In this document: positions 27,601 through 41,500 of the stretch, one piece after another
How positions within the stretch are numbered: the stretch's first letter is position 1
Layout: the number at the start of each line of letters is the position of its first letter
Source: Octopus bimaculoides
Lineage: Eukaryota
DNA: 64,000 bases
NCBI RefSeq assembly: GCF_001194135.2
Contig: NC_068987.1
Location: 61,960,598-62,024,597 of the forward strand
Reading direction: 5' to 3'
The notes under the pieces: model-generated
What the model was told of the DNA's origin: nothing
The model's database searches: none
What the model saw: the letters and a program-made list of their open reading frames with translations, nothing else
Program-made: the position numbers and the translations under genes

Positions 27601-30600
27601 TTATGTTTCTCATGATTTTCATCCAGTCATTAGTTGTTTCAAGATATTTGGCCAATTCAACTGTGGTGGTTTTGTAAGGAAATTGTTATTATTATTCAGT
27701 AGTCTTATTTTCATTATGTGCTTTCACTGCACTACCAAGTGCAGCTCTATTTGCCTTGGCTGTGTGCTGTAGTTTGTTGTGGTGCTCCTATTTCCACTTA
27801 CTGGCTGATATGCTTAGCAGTACTTCGCCCATTGCTACATTCTGAGTCCAAATCCCACCGAGGTCAACTTTGCTTTTCATCCTTCTGGGGTTGATAAATT
27901 AAGTACCAGTGAAATACTGGGGTCAATGTAATCGACTAGTCCTCACCTCCAAAATTTCATGGTCTTGTGTATCCACTAGAAAGGATTATTAAAGCAACAA
28001 GCTGACAGAATCTGTCAAAATGGACAAAATGCTTAGTAGTATTTCATCTGTCTTTATGTTCTGATTTCAAATTCTGTTGAAGTCAACTTTGCCTTTCATC
28101 CTTTCAGGGTCAATAAAATAAGTACCAGTTGAACACTGGTGTCAATGTAATCCACTTACCCCACCTTCGAAATTGCTGGCCTTGTGCCAAAATTTGAAAC
28201 CATTATTATTACTATTATTATTATTATTATTATCATCATTGTTGTTGTTGTTATTAAGGCGGTAAGCTGGCAGAATTTTTAGCACTCTGGGCAAAATGCT
28301 TGGTGGAATTTCATCTATCTTTACATTAGGAGTTCAAGTTCTGTGAAAGTCAGCTATGCCTTTCATATCTTTGGGGTTGACAAAATAATTTTAGCACTGT
28401 GGTTGATGTAAATGACTAACCTCCTCTCTCAAATTTCAGGCCTTGTGCCTGTTGTAGAAAGGATTATTATTATCATCATCATCATCATCATCATCATTAT
28501 CACCATCATCCATCATCAATGTGTTCTCTCTTCTTTATAGTTATGGTGGCTTCAGTTTTGGTGAAGTGAATTCTTTAAAATCACTGAATAAATCTGAGAT
28601 TACAAGTTTCATAGACAGACTTTCCCGTAACTCATCCAGCAACTTTGCAGCAAATGACACAATCTGGAAAAGTGTTGAAAGCTTATTAGAGGGATTAATC
28701 ACAAAGAACGTTGCTAAGGTAGGAGATTTTTTTTTAGATATTTTGATGTGTCAGTTGTACTGTAGAAGTATCCTGATAGTTGAGTGCCAGTATCTCTCTC
28801 TGCTTTAGCATTTGGTTTATATATTCTTACAATTTAGTATTTTGTTAGCCATTTTGCATGATCCATAGCCTCTTTCCAGTCCACACTGGCAGAGAAAATG
28901 CCCTTGGCTAATCAAACCAGCTACTGTTTGCTTGATCTTCTGTACAGCCACTTGCTTTCAACATTTAACTGAAGCACAATGTTTGCCACATATTTATCAT
29001 CATCATCCTGAAGTGTGTAGCTGTATCAGTGCAGTCAGGCTACCCGCATCTTGTCAGGGATCAGGGCAACATTGTATCTTTCTCACACATCTTTTACATA
29101 ATATATAGATATCCACACACACACACATATATATATATAGAGAGAGAGAGAGGCGTTGTGGCTGTGTGGTAAGAAGCTTGCTTCCCAACCACATGGTTCC
29201 AGGTTCAATCCCACTGCATGGCACCTTGGACAAATGTCTTTTACTATAACCTTGGGCTGATTAAAGCCTTGTGAGTGGGTTTGATTGATGGAAACTGAAA
29301 GAAGCCTGTCGTGTGTCTTTCTGTCTGTGTTTGTCAACAGGTGTTGGTGTATTTGTATCCCTGTAACTTAATGGTTCAGCAAAAGAGACCAGCTGAATAA
29401 GTACCACTTCTTGAAGAAAGAAGAACTGCAATTGATTCATTCAACTAAAATATTCCAGGCAGTACCTCAACATGGCCATAGTCTAATGACCAAAACTAGT
29501 AAAAGGTAAAAGATATAGATAAAATGTCAAGATTATATTGTGCATTTGCATCCTGGTCTCTGACACCTTTCTACTATAAGGATCAGACTGTACCCTACCA
29601 TCTAAAACAATTCAGAGAACACATTGGATTTGTTGTCCTACACACATGTTGTCAAGAAATAATATGGAATAGTCATGGATGGATCTCTCTTGATTATAGG
29701 TTGATCAGTGACTAAACAACAACAACAATTGGCTTTCGTAAAACTCACACTTAATTTCCATTTTATAAGATTTTATCAAATTCCTATTGAAATACCCTAA
29801 CTTCATTTCAATTAATTTTGAAAATGATAAAGGATTTAATGAAATAACTTTGTCATTGTCAAGGTGGTGTTTGGAACATAAATTAACATGAAGTTTTAAT
29901 GGAAGATTTTAATTTAACCCTTTACCATTTAAGCCAGTCGTTTTTGGGCCAAATATTCTTTTTGTTTTATGTTCAAACTGGCCAGATCCACCTTCTCACA
30001 TCTACTACCTACGATGTCATTCTAAAAAGTCATCAAAATCCCACAGCTACAAGATTAGGCATGATTAATTCAAAGCAATACAAATATAGATATTTTGTAA
30101 ACAACTTGCAGATGCAAGTGTTACCAGTTGAAAGCGCTGCATACTGGATGCTAGAAAGTTTATGGGGTCATCAAGAGAGAATGTGCACCATTTCAGAGAC
30201 TACCTCTTGACTGCATCATTGCGCACCAGCACTCCTCACTGAAATGAGGCCCTGCTTGCTAGATCAACTGATTACCAGGTTTTGCACTATATTCTTGTAG
30301 CCATTGCTCATCATCTCTTTTTAACCAAATCCAGTGGCTAGCCTTCTCCACTGTATTTTGGATATCGGTCATGGTGGTATTTACCTTACGATGAGTTAGG
30401 CCTAACGATAGCAATAATCGCCTCACACTGTGTCCAACAAATCCTCTACATCCAACTTCAATCGGAAAAAGCTCTGCTTTTGAGCCTGCATCTTCACATT
30501 CCTTGACAAAGTAATCTCAATGTTAAGTCACTTTAAAACAAGAAGTTTTTATATCATAGGACCAAGGGTAGTATTGTGTGTTGGTATCAAAATGGTTAAA

Positions 30601-31756
30601 CTTTAAAGCTGATATTAGTTCTATAAGACGTCACTTCTCCAAGAAAGATGAGGCACATATTCCTAATGGCTAGATAAAAAGAAACTAAATTTTGTTTATT
30701 TCCAAAGGAAACAAAGAAACACCTGTTGTCTGATATTCATTTATTTATCATCGTAATTATTTTGAAAAATTATCTCACTGTATGATTTTCTTCTTTTCTT
30801 TTCTCAGGTCTGGTTCAATAACAAAGGTTGGGCATCAGTTGCTATTTATGTTAATATAATGAATAATATTGTTCTAAGAAGTTCCTTACCACCTGGAGCA
30901 AAGCTGCAAAATTATGGCATTACAACAATTAATCATCCAATGGCATTGACCAAAAAACAACTGACTGAGGAGAATGTGTAAGTATCATTTCTGTCATTAT
31001 CCACCACCTCCTCCTCATCATCATCATCACCATTTTCTTCCTCTCTTCCACATTCTCCTCTTCCTTCTCCTTCTACTTCCATCATCATCACCATCCACCA
31101 CCACTTTTAAGAGCCAGCCATCACTCAGTGAATGGGTATGACTTGGTGACATATGCCATATTTTTGTTAATAGTTTCACCCTTTAGCCTTATTCAACTCA
31201 GATATTCTAATTGTTTTATGTTAAACCAGCTAGATTCTGGTGTCTCACACCTACCTTACAATGTCATTCTAAAAATAAACAACTACATCATCTACACCTT
31301 GAAGTTACAAGATAAGACATGATTAATTCAAATCAATGTGAATAAATAAGCATTACATTTGACAGAGTAATCTGAATGCTGAAGGATTAAGGTGCCTATG
31401 TAGTTGTGAGCTCAAATAGACATCATCTCAACTCTCCCATATTTTGATCCTGTGGCATATTCAGGATGTGACAGCTGGAGGAAGAGAAAGCTATACCAGC
31501 ATTTGGCTACTACCCATTTTCAGCTCAGTAGATTGGAAGAATGTGAAGTGAAGTATCATGCTCAAGGACACAACACGTTGTTCGTTCTAAAAATTGAATC
31601 CACAACCATGAGCTGAATGCCAACACCCTAAGGGCATCCAGCTGTAGAAACCATGCCAAATCTGATTGAAACCTGGTGTAGCTCCCCAGCTTACCAGTTT
31701 TCAGTCAAACCATCCAGCCCATGCCAGCATGGAAAACAGATGTTAAATGGTTATGA

Positions 31757-31799
<43 letters not shown>

Positions 31800-33911
31800 A
31801 TTTGAGGTGATTTGTAAAGATAACATCTAATAACCTAACAGTATGTCTTTTCTACTCCTCTGATGAGATTTTGCCCAATACAATGATTTGTTTATTGTTA
31901 TTTAAACTTTGGGCAAAATTGAAACGGCTGTAAGAGAATATGTTGGATTTTAGCAGTTAGTAAATTATATTAATGCTACATCTCCATTTTCTGGATTTTA
32001 ATTTGAATATCTATTAGGTTGTCAAGAAAGTTCTTGCGGTTTTTAACCTTTAAATTCAGATGCACATATCGGGGCTCAGACAAAACTTTATTAATCGAAA
32101 TAAGCACCATCAGAATCAACACGCTTTTGCCAACGCGAAACAAGCTTATTTATACCAGTAGCGTAAAAATTCTGCGTTCTGGTGGAGCACTTGCAGAAAA
32201 TTGCACTGCTTGCAACCACTTGAATATTCTGGATGATGCTCGAAAAATAAGAGGTGTTACCTTAGTTCACTGGTAGTGAACAGCTGGCACCATAGTACAT
32301 CTCCAGCATTAGAAGCTGTTCAAAGACAATAAATAATAATAATAATAATACATTTGAAAGTAGTTCATTCTTTGTGGAAAACAGTTGTGGCAATGGATGA
32401 GAATGTAGGAAAGGTTATCTGGTTGATTTCATAATCACTAGGATTTTTAGGATAATCTTTTATATCAAGAGTTTTCATAGCTTCTCCATACTCTTTCTGT
32501 GTGACGAAACCCTTTTGCGTTGGCTTCATGATATTGAAAAGAGATTCAGTGTTATTCTTGTTGAAAAGACCAAGTGGCTCAGTTGAATTATTTTTCAATT
32601 TTTCACTTCTATAAGGTACTCAACCATGAATTTCTTTAGATTTTCTTGTCTGAAGAACTCTAAAGAAGCTAACATATTGCTAAACAGTGACTGAATTTTA
32701 TGTTCCTTTAAATCTTGATCTGCTAACATCTCATGAGTCAGTGTTATTTCCTCCATCTTTCAACAACAAGGCATTTGTTGTCTGCCCAAGACCATAGTAC
32801 CATGCAGTGTAATTGAACCCATAAAGTGAACTTCTTAACTTCATAGTCAAGAAAAAAATAATGATAATAACAACAATATTAATAATAATAATAATAATGA
32901 TAATGGTTTCATTTTTTGGCACAAAGCCAGCAATTTCAAGGGAGGGACTAAGTTAATTACATCAACCCCAATGCTCAATTGTTACTTATTTTATTGACTC
33001 TGAAATATAATAGTCTGCTTGTTTGTTCACTCGTTATACTTTAGTTAGTTAGAGAGGTGAAGGTGAAGTGAGTGAGAGGTGGCGTGAAAGTGAAAGAGAG
33101 AGGAGGAAGAATGTGAAGAGAGAAGAGAAAGGTATAATAATACACTATGGCCAAATGGTTAGTTGAAGAGAGAGACACAGAATGAGAGAAAAGAAATGGG
33201 GAGAGAGAAAGAGGGTAAGAGAAGTGTTAATGGTGTGCAGTAGGGTGGGGAGGGAAAGGTGAAGAGAAAAAGAAATGTTTAGAATATAGTATTTAGCAGA
33301 GCATGATGTTCTGGTGGTGAGGTTAAAGAAAGGCAGATAGTGAGAGATGGACGGAGGAGAGAGAGAGAGAGAGAGAAGCAGATAACGTTTATATTGTCAG
33401 AGTAGAGATACATCGACAGCAACAAAAAGTAGATGTAAAGAAACAGCTGAACTGAAATGAGCTTTATTACTGAAAACTATAGTAATGAGAATGATGGCGG
33501 TGATCATGGTGGTATGTTGATAGTGAAAGTATTTTCTTTTATTGAGCTTAATCTATATGATTCTTCTACCTATTCATAGAATAATAATAATAATAATAAT
33601 AATAATGATAATACTATAGCTAATGAGAGAGAGGAAGAGGGTATGTAGGAGTGAATGAGAGAGCAGATAGCCATCTGATGCATTATGCTGTCACTCATGT
33701 GATTAGTGGAACTAAGAGGTGAAGAGAAAGAGAGAAATATAAAGTGCTTAGCACAGGGAATTTTGAAATCATATAATTTATTATTGTGACTGGAAGTGAA
33801 ATAACTTAGCATAATAAAAATAAAATGCAAACCATCCTTTCTTACTTAAATAGATTCTCTTACTCTTTTTCATTCTGTAGAATTTCCATGAGTCCCTCTA
33901 GTAGTAGTAGT

Positions 33912-33956
<45 letters not shown>

Positions 33957-36900
33957 CACTAGCAGGACCCGTGAATATTTCATGGAATTAATGGTAAACC
34001 TATTGGGTTATTTCTGAAAACTTTATCCAGATAGCCTGAAAGTGTAGCTTCTATTGTGTCTGTATCAAAAGATATTTGTTCATCTGCTAATCATTGAAAA
34101 GTGAAGGAAATTGGGATATGATGATTACTTAATGCTCTTTATATATACACTTTATATACTTTATGCACAATTTTATAGACTTAATACACAACACTCTCCT
34201 TTTTTCTCTCTCACTCTTCACCTTACCCTCTTTTTCTCTCTCACTCTTCACCTTACCCTCTTTTTTTCTCTCTCTTTTTTTCTTTCACTCTTCACCTTTC
34301 TCTTCAGCTAAGGGCTAACAGACGGGCTAAGTAACAGAGGAAAACAAACTTAGCTCAAAAGAATAAATACACATTTCACTCACCACTACTTCTCCCACGC
34401 ATCCACTTCCCCTCCCCTTACCTACACCACCCACTTCCTCACTCCCACCTTCAACTAATCATGTGGAAGCTTTACAGATGGGCTAAGTAACGGAGTGACA
34501 AGTAGAATTATCATAAGATATGTTGATGTGTTATCATAAAGGCTATATTTCTTTATTTTATTACTTTTCTTTTTTATTCAGGGTTGCCAGTGTGATTGAT
34601 GTTCTTATTGCCATTGGTGTGCTATTTGCATTATCATTTGTCCCAGCCAGCTTTACACTATTTCTGATTGAAGAACGTAAAACTAATGCTAAACATTTAC
34701 AGATGGTTTGTGGTACCAATCATAAAATCTATTGGCTTGCAGCAATCACTTGGGATTTGGTCAGTATTAATTTTATTATCTTACATTTTCTTTTACTGGT
34801 TAGAATATAATTTATATATTTTTATACATTATATATACAGTATGATAACGCTGGACCTGAGAATCACAAGTGGGGAGTACTAAGCAGTGATGTGTATAAA
34901 TGCAATGCTATTACCAATTCAAATATGTCAGTAGCAAGTTTAAATTCCACCATTTGTCAACAGCGAGAAAGCCTCTTCATGACAAATCACAGTGAATGGC
35001 TTGTTTACAAATTCAAACCATTTGGTTTCTGTAACTGAAGAGGAGATAACCACTCCAAAATGCTTGCATCTCACAGTCTGATAGAAAACTTTTGCCCAAA
35101 ATGTTATGTAGTGAGGCTTAACCTAAAAACCATATAGTTGGGAAGTGAACTTCTCAATCACATAGCCATGCCTGCACCTATTTATACCTCTTATTTGTGT
35201 ACATAAATCATGATAACCATCATCTTCTGTGCTTGCATGGGTTGGTACAGTTTGACAGGATCTGGTAAGTCCAAAGACTATGTCATGTTCTAATGTCTGC
35301 TTTGGTATGATTTCTATGGCCTGATGCTATTTCTAACACCAACTACTTTGCAGAACATCCTGGGTACTTTTTACTTTGTAACAGCAGCACTATCTGTGTG
35401 TGTCTTTGCGTTTGTGTGTATACACATATGTATAAATATATTTACTGTGTTAAATATCTATAGTTTTAATCTTTTAAATGACAAAGTGAAAATGAATCAT
35501 TCAATTAATGAAATAAGTAAATATTTCTTTTCCTCAGATAAACTATTGTATCCCTGCTCTCCTCTGCATTCTGATATTTCTGGCTTTTGATCAGCAAGCA
35601 TATGTTTCTTCTACCAATCTACCATGTTTGATTGCTTTGTTGTTTCTCTATGGGTAAGTTTTTTTTAGTTTTTTATTCATACTTATTAGAGCTGTTGAAA
35701 CCATTGATTATAAGATAAAGTATTTATCAAATTCTCTGTGAAATCACTGAATCTCAGAGTAATTTTTACAAGTTTCTTTTTTTTTTTGTTGGAAGTGTCA
35801 TGACTAACAAAGTCTATAAACACACTAACAGCTCCTTGTTTCTTTAGCTTGTATCTTTTACCTATTTCAGTCATTGAACTGTGGCCATGCTGGGGCACTG
35901 CCTTGAAGGATGAGTCAAACAAATTGACCCCAGTACTTTTTTTTTAAGTGTGGTAGTTATTTTGTCGGTCTCTTTTCCCAATCTGCTATGACAAGATGTC
36001 ATGCAGTGGGACTGAACCTGAAACCACATGGCTGCAAAGTGAGTTTCTTAACTACACAGCCAGTTGGTGTTTGTTTATATCCCCAAAAATATTTTTGCTG
36101 AGCGATAATTGAGAAAGCAACAGATCAGTGTACGACAAAATATTTTTGTGACATAAGCAAGCATTCTGCCTTGGAAGAGAAAGTAAAGTGAAATATAAGC
36201 AAACAACAACTGGTTAGTAAGTTCATAGTCTTTATCACTGATGACTCTTCCCAGATACAATAATACTGGTTTCAGCACATAATTTTAGATCAAAATTCTT
36301 CTAAAATTAAACAACTTGGTGGTTTTATTGCTACTGAATTGTTCAGTGTGACTGTGACCTTGAACTAGTTGATCACCCTCCCTATTCTCCTGATTTGGTC
36401 CCATTTGATTATCATGTTCCCCAACATGAAAAAAAAACTTAGTGGGAACCAGTATCGCAATGATGATGACATCATGTCTACTATTGATGACTTTTTTTTG
36501 GCCAACAGAACAAAAGCTTCTTCACCAATAGGATCCAAGTGCTGCAGCATCAATGGAAGAAGTGCATGGATCACGAGGGGGGCCATGTTGAAAACTAAAC
36601 TTCATTTATTCATATTCCATGAGAGTTTCTTTGTCATCCTATGAACTTTTCAGCCAACCCTCATGTATGTATGCATACATACATGTGTGTGTTCACATCA
36701 TAGGAATGTCACAACTTTTGAGACTTGTAGAAGCATGGTATTTTATTATGCAACCATAATATACTATAAAGTATATTAAACGTTTTTATAAGTTGATACC
36801 ATGTTCTACTGTGTTAGCTGTGCACTTTACATCACTTGTTAAGGTTCTACCAGATAGGAAATGTCATCACCAAAAATCAGTACTGGCTATAATTTCTGTA

Positions 36901-37112
36901 GATAATTTTAGCAAAAAAAACTTTTGAGAGGATGTGAACTAATTCTTTTTTGGAATATCTCAAAGTACACACATATAGCAATGAATAATAGCATGTAAAC
37001 ATTGGATAAGACAAAGTTGCAGTCTGGTTTTTGACTTTTTCTATCCCCCAAATTTTTCAGCCCAATATTTATTACTATAATTGTACACTTTGATATATTC
37101 CAATAAAGAATG

Positions 37113-37150
<38 letters not shown>

Positions 37151-38542
37151 CATCATCGTCATTTAATGTCTGCTTTCCATGAGTTGTACGGTTTGACAGA
37201 GGGCTGGTAAGCCAGAAGGCTGCACCAGGCTTCAGTCTGATCTGGCAAAGTTTCTACAGCTGGATGTCCTTCCTAACGCCAACCACTCCTAGGGTATAGT
37301 GGATGCTTGTTATGTGCCATCAGCATGAGGGCCAGTCAGGCAGTACTGGCATCAACTACGTTTGAATGGTGCTCTTTACGTCCCACCAGCATGGGAACCA
37401 GTCAGGTGAAACTGGCAACAACCACTTTCAAATGGTACTTTTTACATGCCACCAGCACGGGACCAGTCAGCCGGCACTGGCATTGACCATGCTCGAATGG
37501 TGCTTTTTATGTGCCACTGACATGGGAGCCAATCAAGCGGTACTGTCATCGGCTATGACAACAACTTCGCTTGCCTCAACAGGTCTTTGCTTGCCTCAAC
37601 AGGTCTTCGCAAGCGCAGTTTCTTACCCAATGATTGAAGGGTACTCTTAAATGGTCTGGTTATGCTGCACTGGCATAGGCCACTGTTACGGTCTCACTTG
37701 GTTTGCCAGGTCTTCTCAAGCACAGCATATCTCCAAAGGTCTCGGTCACTTGTCATCACCTCGGTGAGGGCCAACATTTGAAGGTCGTGCTTCATCACCT
37801 CATCCCAGGTCTTCCTGGGTCTACTTCTTACACACAGGTTCCCTCTACTGCTAGGGTGTGACACTTTTTCACACAGCTGTCCTCATCCATAAACAACACA
37901 TGACCATACCAGTGCAGTCGTCTTTCTTGTACACCGTGTCTGATGTTTCTTATGTCCAACTTTTCTCTCAGGGCACTTACACTCTGTCGTATATACACAC
38001 TGATATTACACATCCAGTGGAGCATACTAGCTTCATTTCTTGCAAGCTTACACATGTCCTCAGCAGTCAAGGCCCCTGTTTCACTGCTATGTAGCATGGC
38101 TGTTCGCACACATGCGTCATACAGTCTACCTTTTACTCTGAGCAAGAAGCCCTTTGTCACCAGCAGAGGTAGGGGCTCTCTGAACTTTGCCCAGGCTATT
38201 CTTTTTCTAACAGCTACTCTCTCAGAGCATCCACCCCCGCTACTGACTTGGTCACCTAGGTAATGGAAGCTATCGACTACTTCTAGTTTTTCATCTTGGA
38301 ATGTGATGGAAGCTGTTCTCTGTACATTTTCAGTGTTTATTGCTCCCAAGCATTTGCCACACACAAACACTGTTCTCCCAGTTAGCCTTCTTTTGATATT
38401 GCTGCATCTCTTATGTGTCCATAGCTTACACTGGGTACATCTTATAGAGTTTCTACCTACGCCTTTTCTACAGATCGAGCAGAGCCATCTACCTGAAGGG
38501 GTTTGTGGTTTGTCTGCCTTCCTACTTATTAAGACTTTGGTT

Positions 38543-38588
<46 letters not shown>

Positions 38589-41500
38589 AAAATTTGTCTA
38601 TTTTTTTTCTTTTAGATGGGCTATAATTCCTATGATGTACCCATTTGCTCGCTTCTTTGACATTCCAAGTACAGCATTTGTTGCACTGTCTTGTACCAAT
38701 GTCTTTCTGGGTACAATAACGACATTAGCTACCTTTATCTTGGAAATGTTACAGAATGATGATGAGGTAAGGTTCATAAGTTTCAATAAATTGTTTTGTT
38801 CTTTTTATTTTTCCTTTTTACATTTTGCTCATTAAATATAGATGTGTGTGTGTGTCTATGTCTGTGTGTTAGTTTACGTGTTGTTACTGTTGTTGTCAGT
38901 TTTCTGTCAAAGAATCTTCCACTCAATCATGCTTTTGAAAATGTGTGGGTTAAGAGTTTCCCTTACTTGAAGAACAGGTAATGTTTAGTGACTGAAAGGA
39001 CTTCCAGCTGTAAAGCAATGCTCCAATGATATAAAAGGGTAAAAGGTAAAGACCTCCACAGTTACGAATAACCATGAGATTGCACCTAGAAAGTTCACCT
39101 CTACAGCTGAGTAAACTGGAGCAAATTAAAATAATAAAGTGCCTTGCACATGAACACAACACACAGCCCAGTCTGGGAATTGAACTCACAACCTCATGAT
39201 TGTAAGCCCTACCACTGAGCCATAACCAGCCCATATATTGTGCCTGTTTTATGTTCAATGCAACAAGATCTAACTTCTTAGACTTTCACTACCATGTCAT
39301 GCTAAAAATAAGCAATCACACCACTGAAATCTCGAAGTTACAAGGTAATGCATGATTAATTCGAAACAATGTGAATAAATAAGCATTGCATTTGTCAGAG
39401 TAATCTAAATGCTAAAGGTTTAATTGGTTTATTCACTTTCAGGAATTAAGGTATGTAAATGATATTCTGAAGAAGGTATTTCTATTGCTGCCTCAATATT
39501 GCTTTGGGCGAGGACTTGTACAAATGGCTCAAGATCAATTAATATATGAAATCAGTGAAAGGTTTGGTAAGTCAAGAATTAACTTATAACAAAGCTCAGA
39601 CAAATATCTTTGATTTATAAGTGCACCTAGATAAGTAACACATTTAGCCATCTGTCTCTTTCCGTCTGTCTGTCTCTCTCTCTCTTTCTCCCTCTTTCTC
39701 TCTCTTTCTCTCATCTATACATGACATTTATAAATGTTTGAATATATGAAATTCCTACACATAGTTTACTTTAAGTCTCTACATATAGATGCAACTTCAA
39801 CTAGTTTCTATCTTTCCCTCAATTGTAAGGCATTTTTGTCTTTCTTATCTTTTCTATTTACATTTCTTATTTACAAATTTGCAGTATTCCTTTAATGTTT
39901 GGATAAACATGTGCCTTCTCCATCCACCCATATTTTGTGAACCCACACAAAGAGGGTATGATTTAAAACTTATGTAGAGAAATCTCTGTCTTATAAGAGA
40001 ACAAAGAAATCTTTCTACATAATATGTACTTGATCAATATACTCACTTAGTCATGCTAGTAGTTGATAATTGAAAAGGAACCCAGTTGCAAACTTCAATG
40101 TAACTCTTATTGAGAGGAGATGGAAAAACTCAATAGGTAGATCGATTTCTGTTAACTGAAAAATTCTGAAAATTTCACAATGAATAATAAATAACTTGGG
40201 TTTGTCCATATGAAACCACATCTGCTATTTTCACATTTTTGAGGACAAAGGAGAATTTTAGATATCAGATATCAAATCTGTTTGAAGATTTGGCAAAATA
40301 CAAGAGGTCACCAAAGTTATCGGTATCAATGAATGGCTTGTTGAGAAACAGATGGAAATGGTTTGGACATGTTCTGTGTATCCAGTTAGATAGAGTATTA
40401 TGAGAAACAGTGCACTAGAGGCCAAAGAAGCAAAGAAAGAAAGATCAAGACCAACATAATTTGAGGTCAATACAGAGTGACAGTCTGTGGTATTATTTGT
40501 GGCAGTGGAGGAAGAGGAGGATATTACATAGAGTAGTGGTAGCTAATGGGATAGTGTATTGAACTACTTGTTCTTAAGTGCTGAGTACAAATCAGATTCT
40601 GGCATTTCAAGTGTTTCTAAGCAGAGCAGTTCCTCAAATCGTAACTTAGGTACCAAATCAGCCTGGGAATGTTCACCCTTAGACCAGAATCCCCCAGTTG
40701 TCTCAGGTACTTTTAATTTTGGGTCTTGACTCTGAATTTAATCAAGAACTTCTTGTGATGAGGTGGTGAGCTACAGCCTACTCTATTTTAAACTCATGAA
40801 TTGGGTATCAACTGCCAGATAGAATTCTCTATTACTCTTTTAATCTTTTACTTGTTTCAGTCATTTGTCTGTGGCCATGCTGGAGCACCGCCTTTAGTCA
40901 AGCAAATCGACCCTAGGACTTATTCTTTGGAAGCCTAGTACTTATTCTATCGGTCTCTTTTGCCGAACTGCTAAGTTACGGGGACGTAAACACACCAGCA
41001 TCGGTTGTCAAGTGATGTTGGGGGGGGACAAACAAAGACACACAAACATATACACACACATACATATATATATATACATATATACGATGGGCTTCTTTCA
41101 GTTTCCGCCTACCAAATCCAGTTACAAGGCTTTGGTCGGCCCAAGGCTATAGTAGAAGACACTTGCCCAAGGTGCCACGCAGTGGGACTGAACCTGGAAC
41201 CATGTGGTTGGTAAGCAAGCTACTTACCACACAGCCACTCCTACGCCTACTATGAATTTTTTAATTAGATTTCCTTTACCAATATTATAATTCCAGGTTC
41301 TTCAGTTGGAAATCAGTGTAGTTCTTTCATTAATGCTTATTATTTCTTCACAGGTGAAACGGTGTACTTAAATCCATTTGAATGGAACAAAATTGGTCAG
41401 AATCTTTTCGCATTATTTATCCTGGGAATTATCTTCTTTACTATAACTCTTCTTTTGGAATACTCTTTCTGGAAAAAATTCTGGTATAGTAATGCATTTT

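Noticed and set aside
27341-27772. 143-aa plus-strand hydrophobic ORF
   Set aside because: Antisense shadow of the R4/Dong-like fragment on the minus strand.
30140-30230. Possible hammerhead core (gaaa...ttgatga) in the HERO-like 3' UTR
   Set aside because: Core C3 is missing, and only 4 nt lie between the putative cleavage site and the core, so stem I cannot form.
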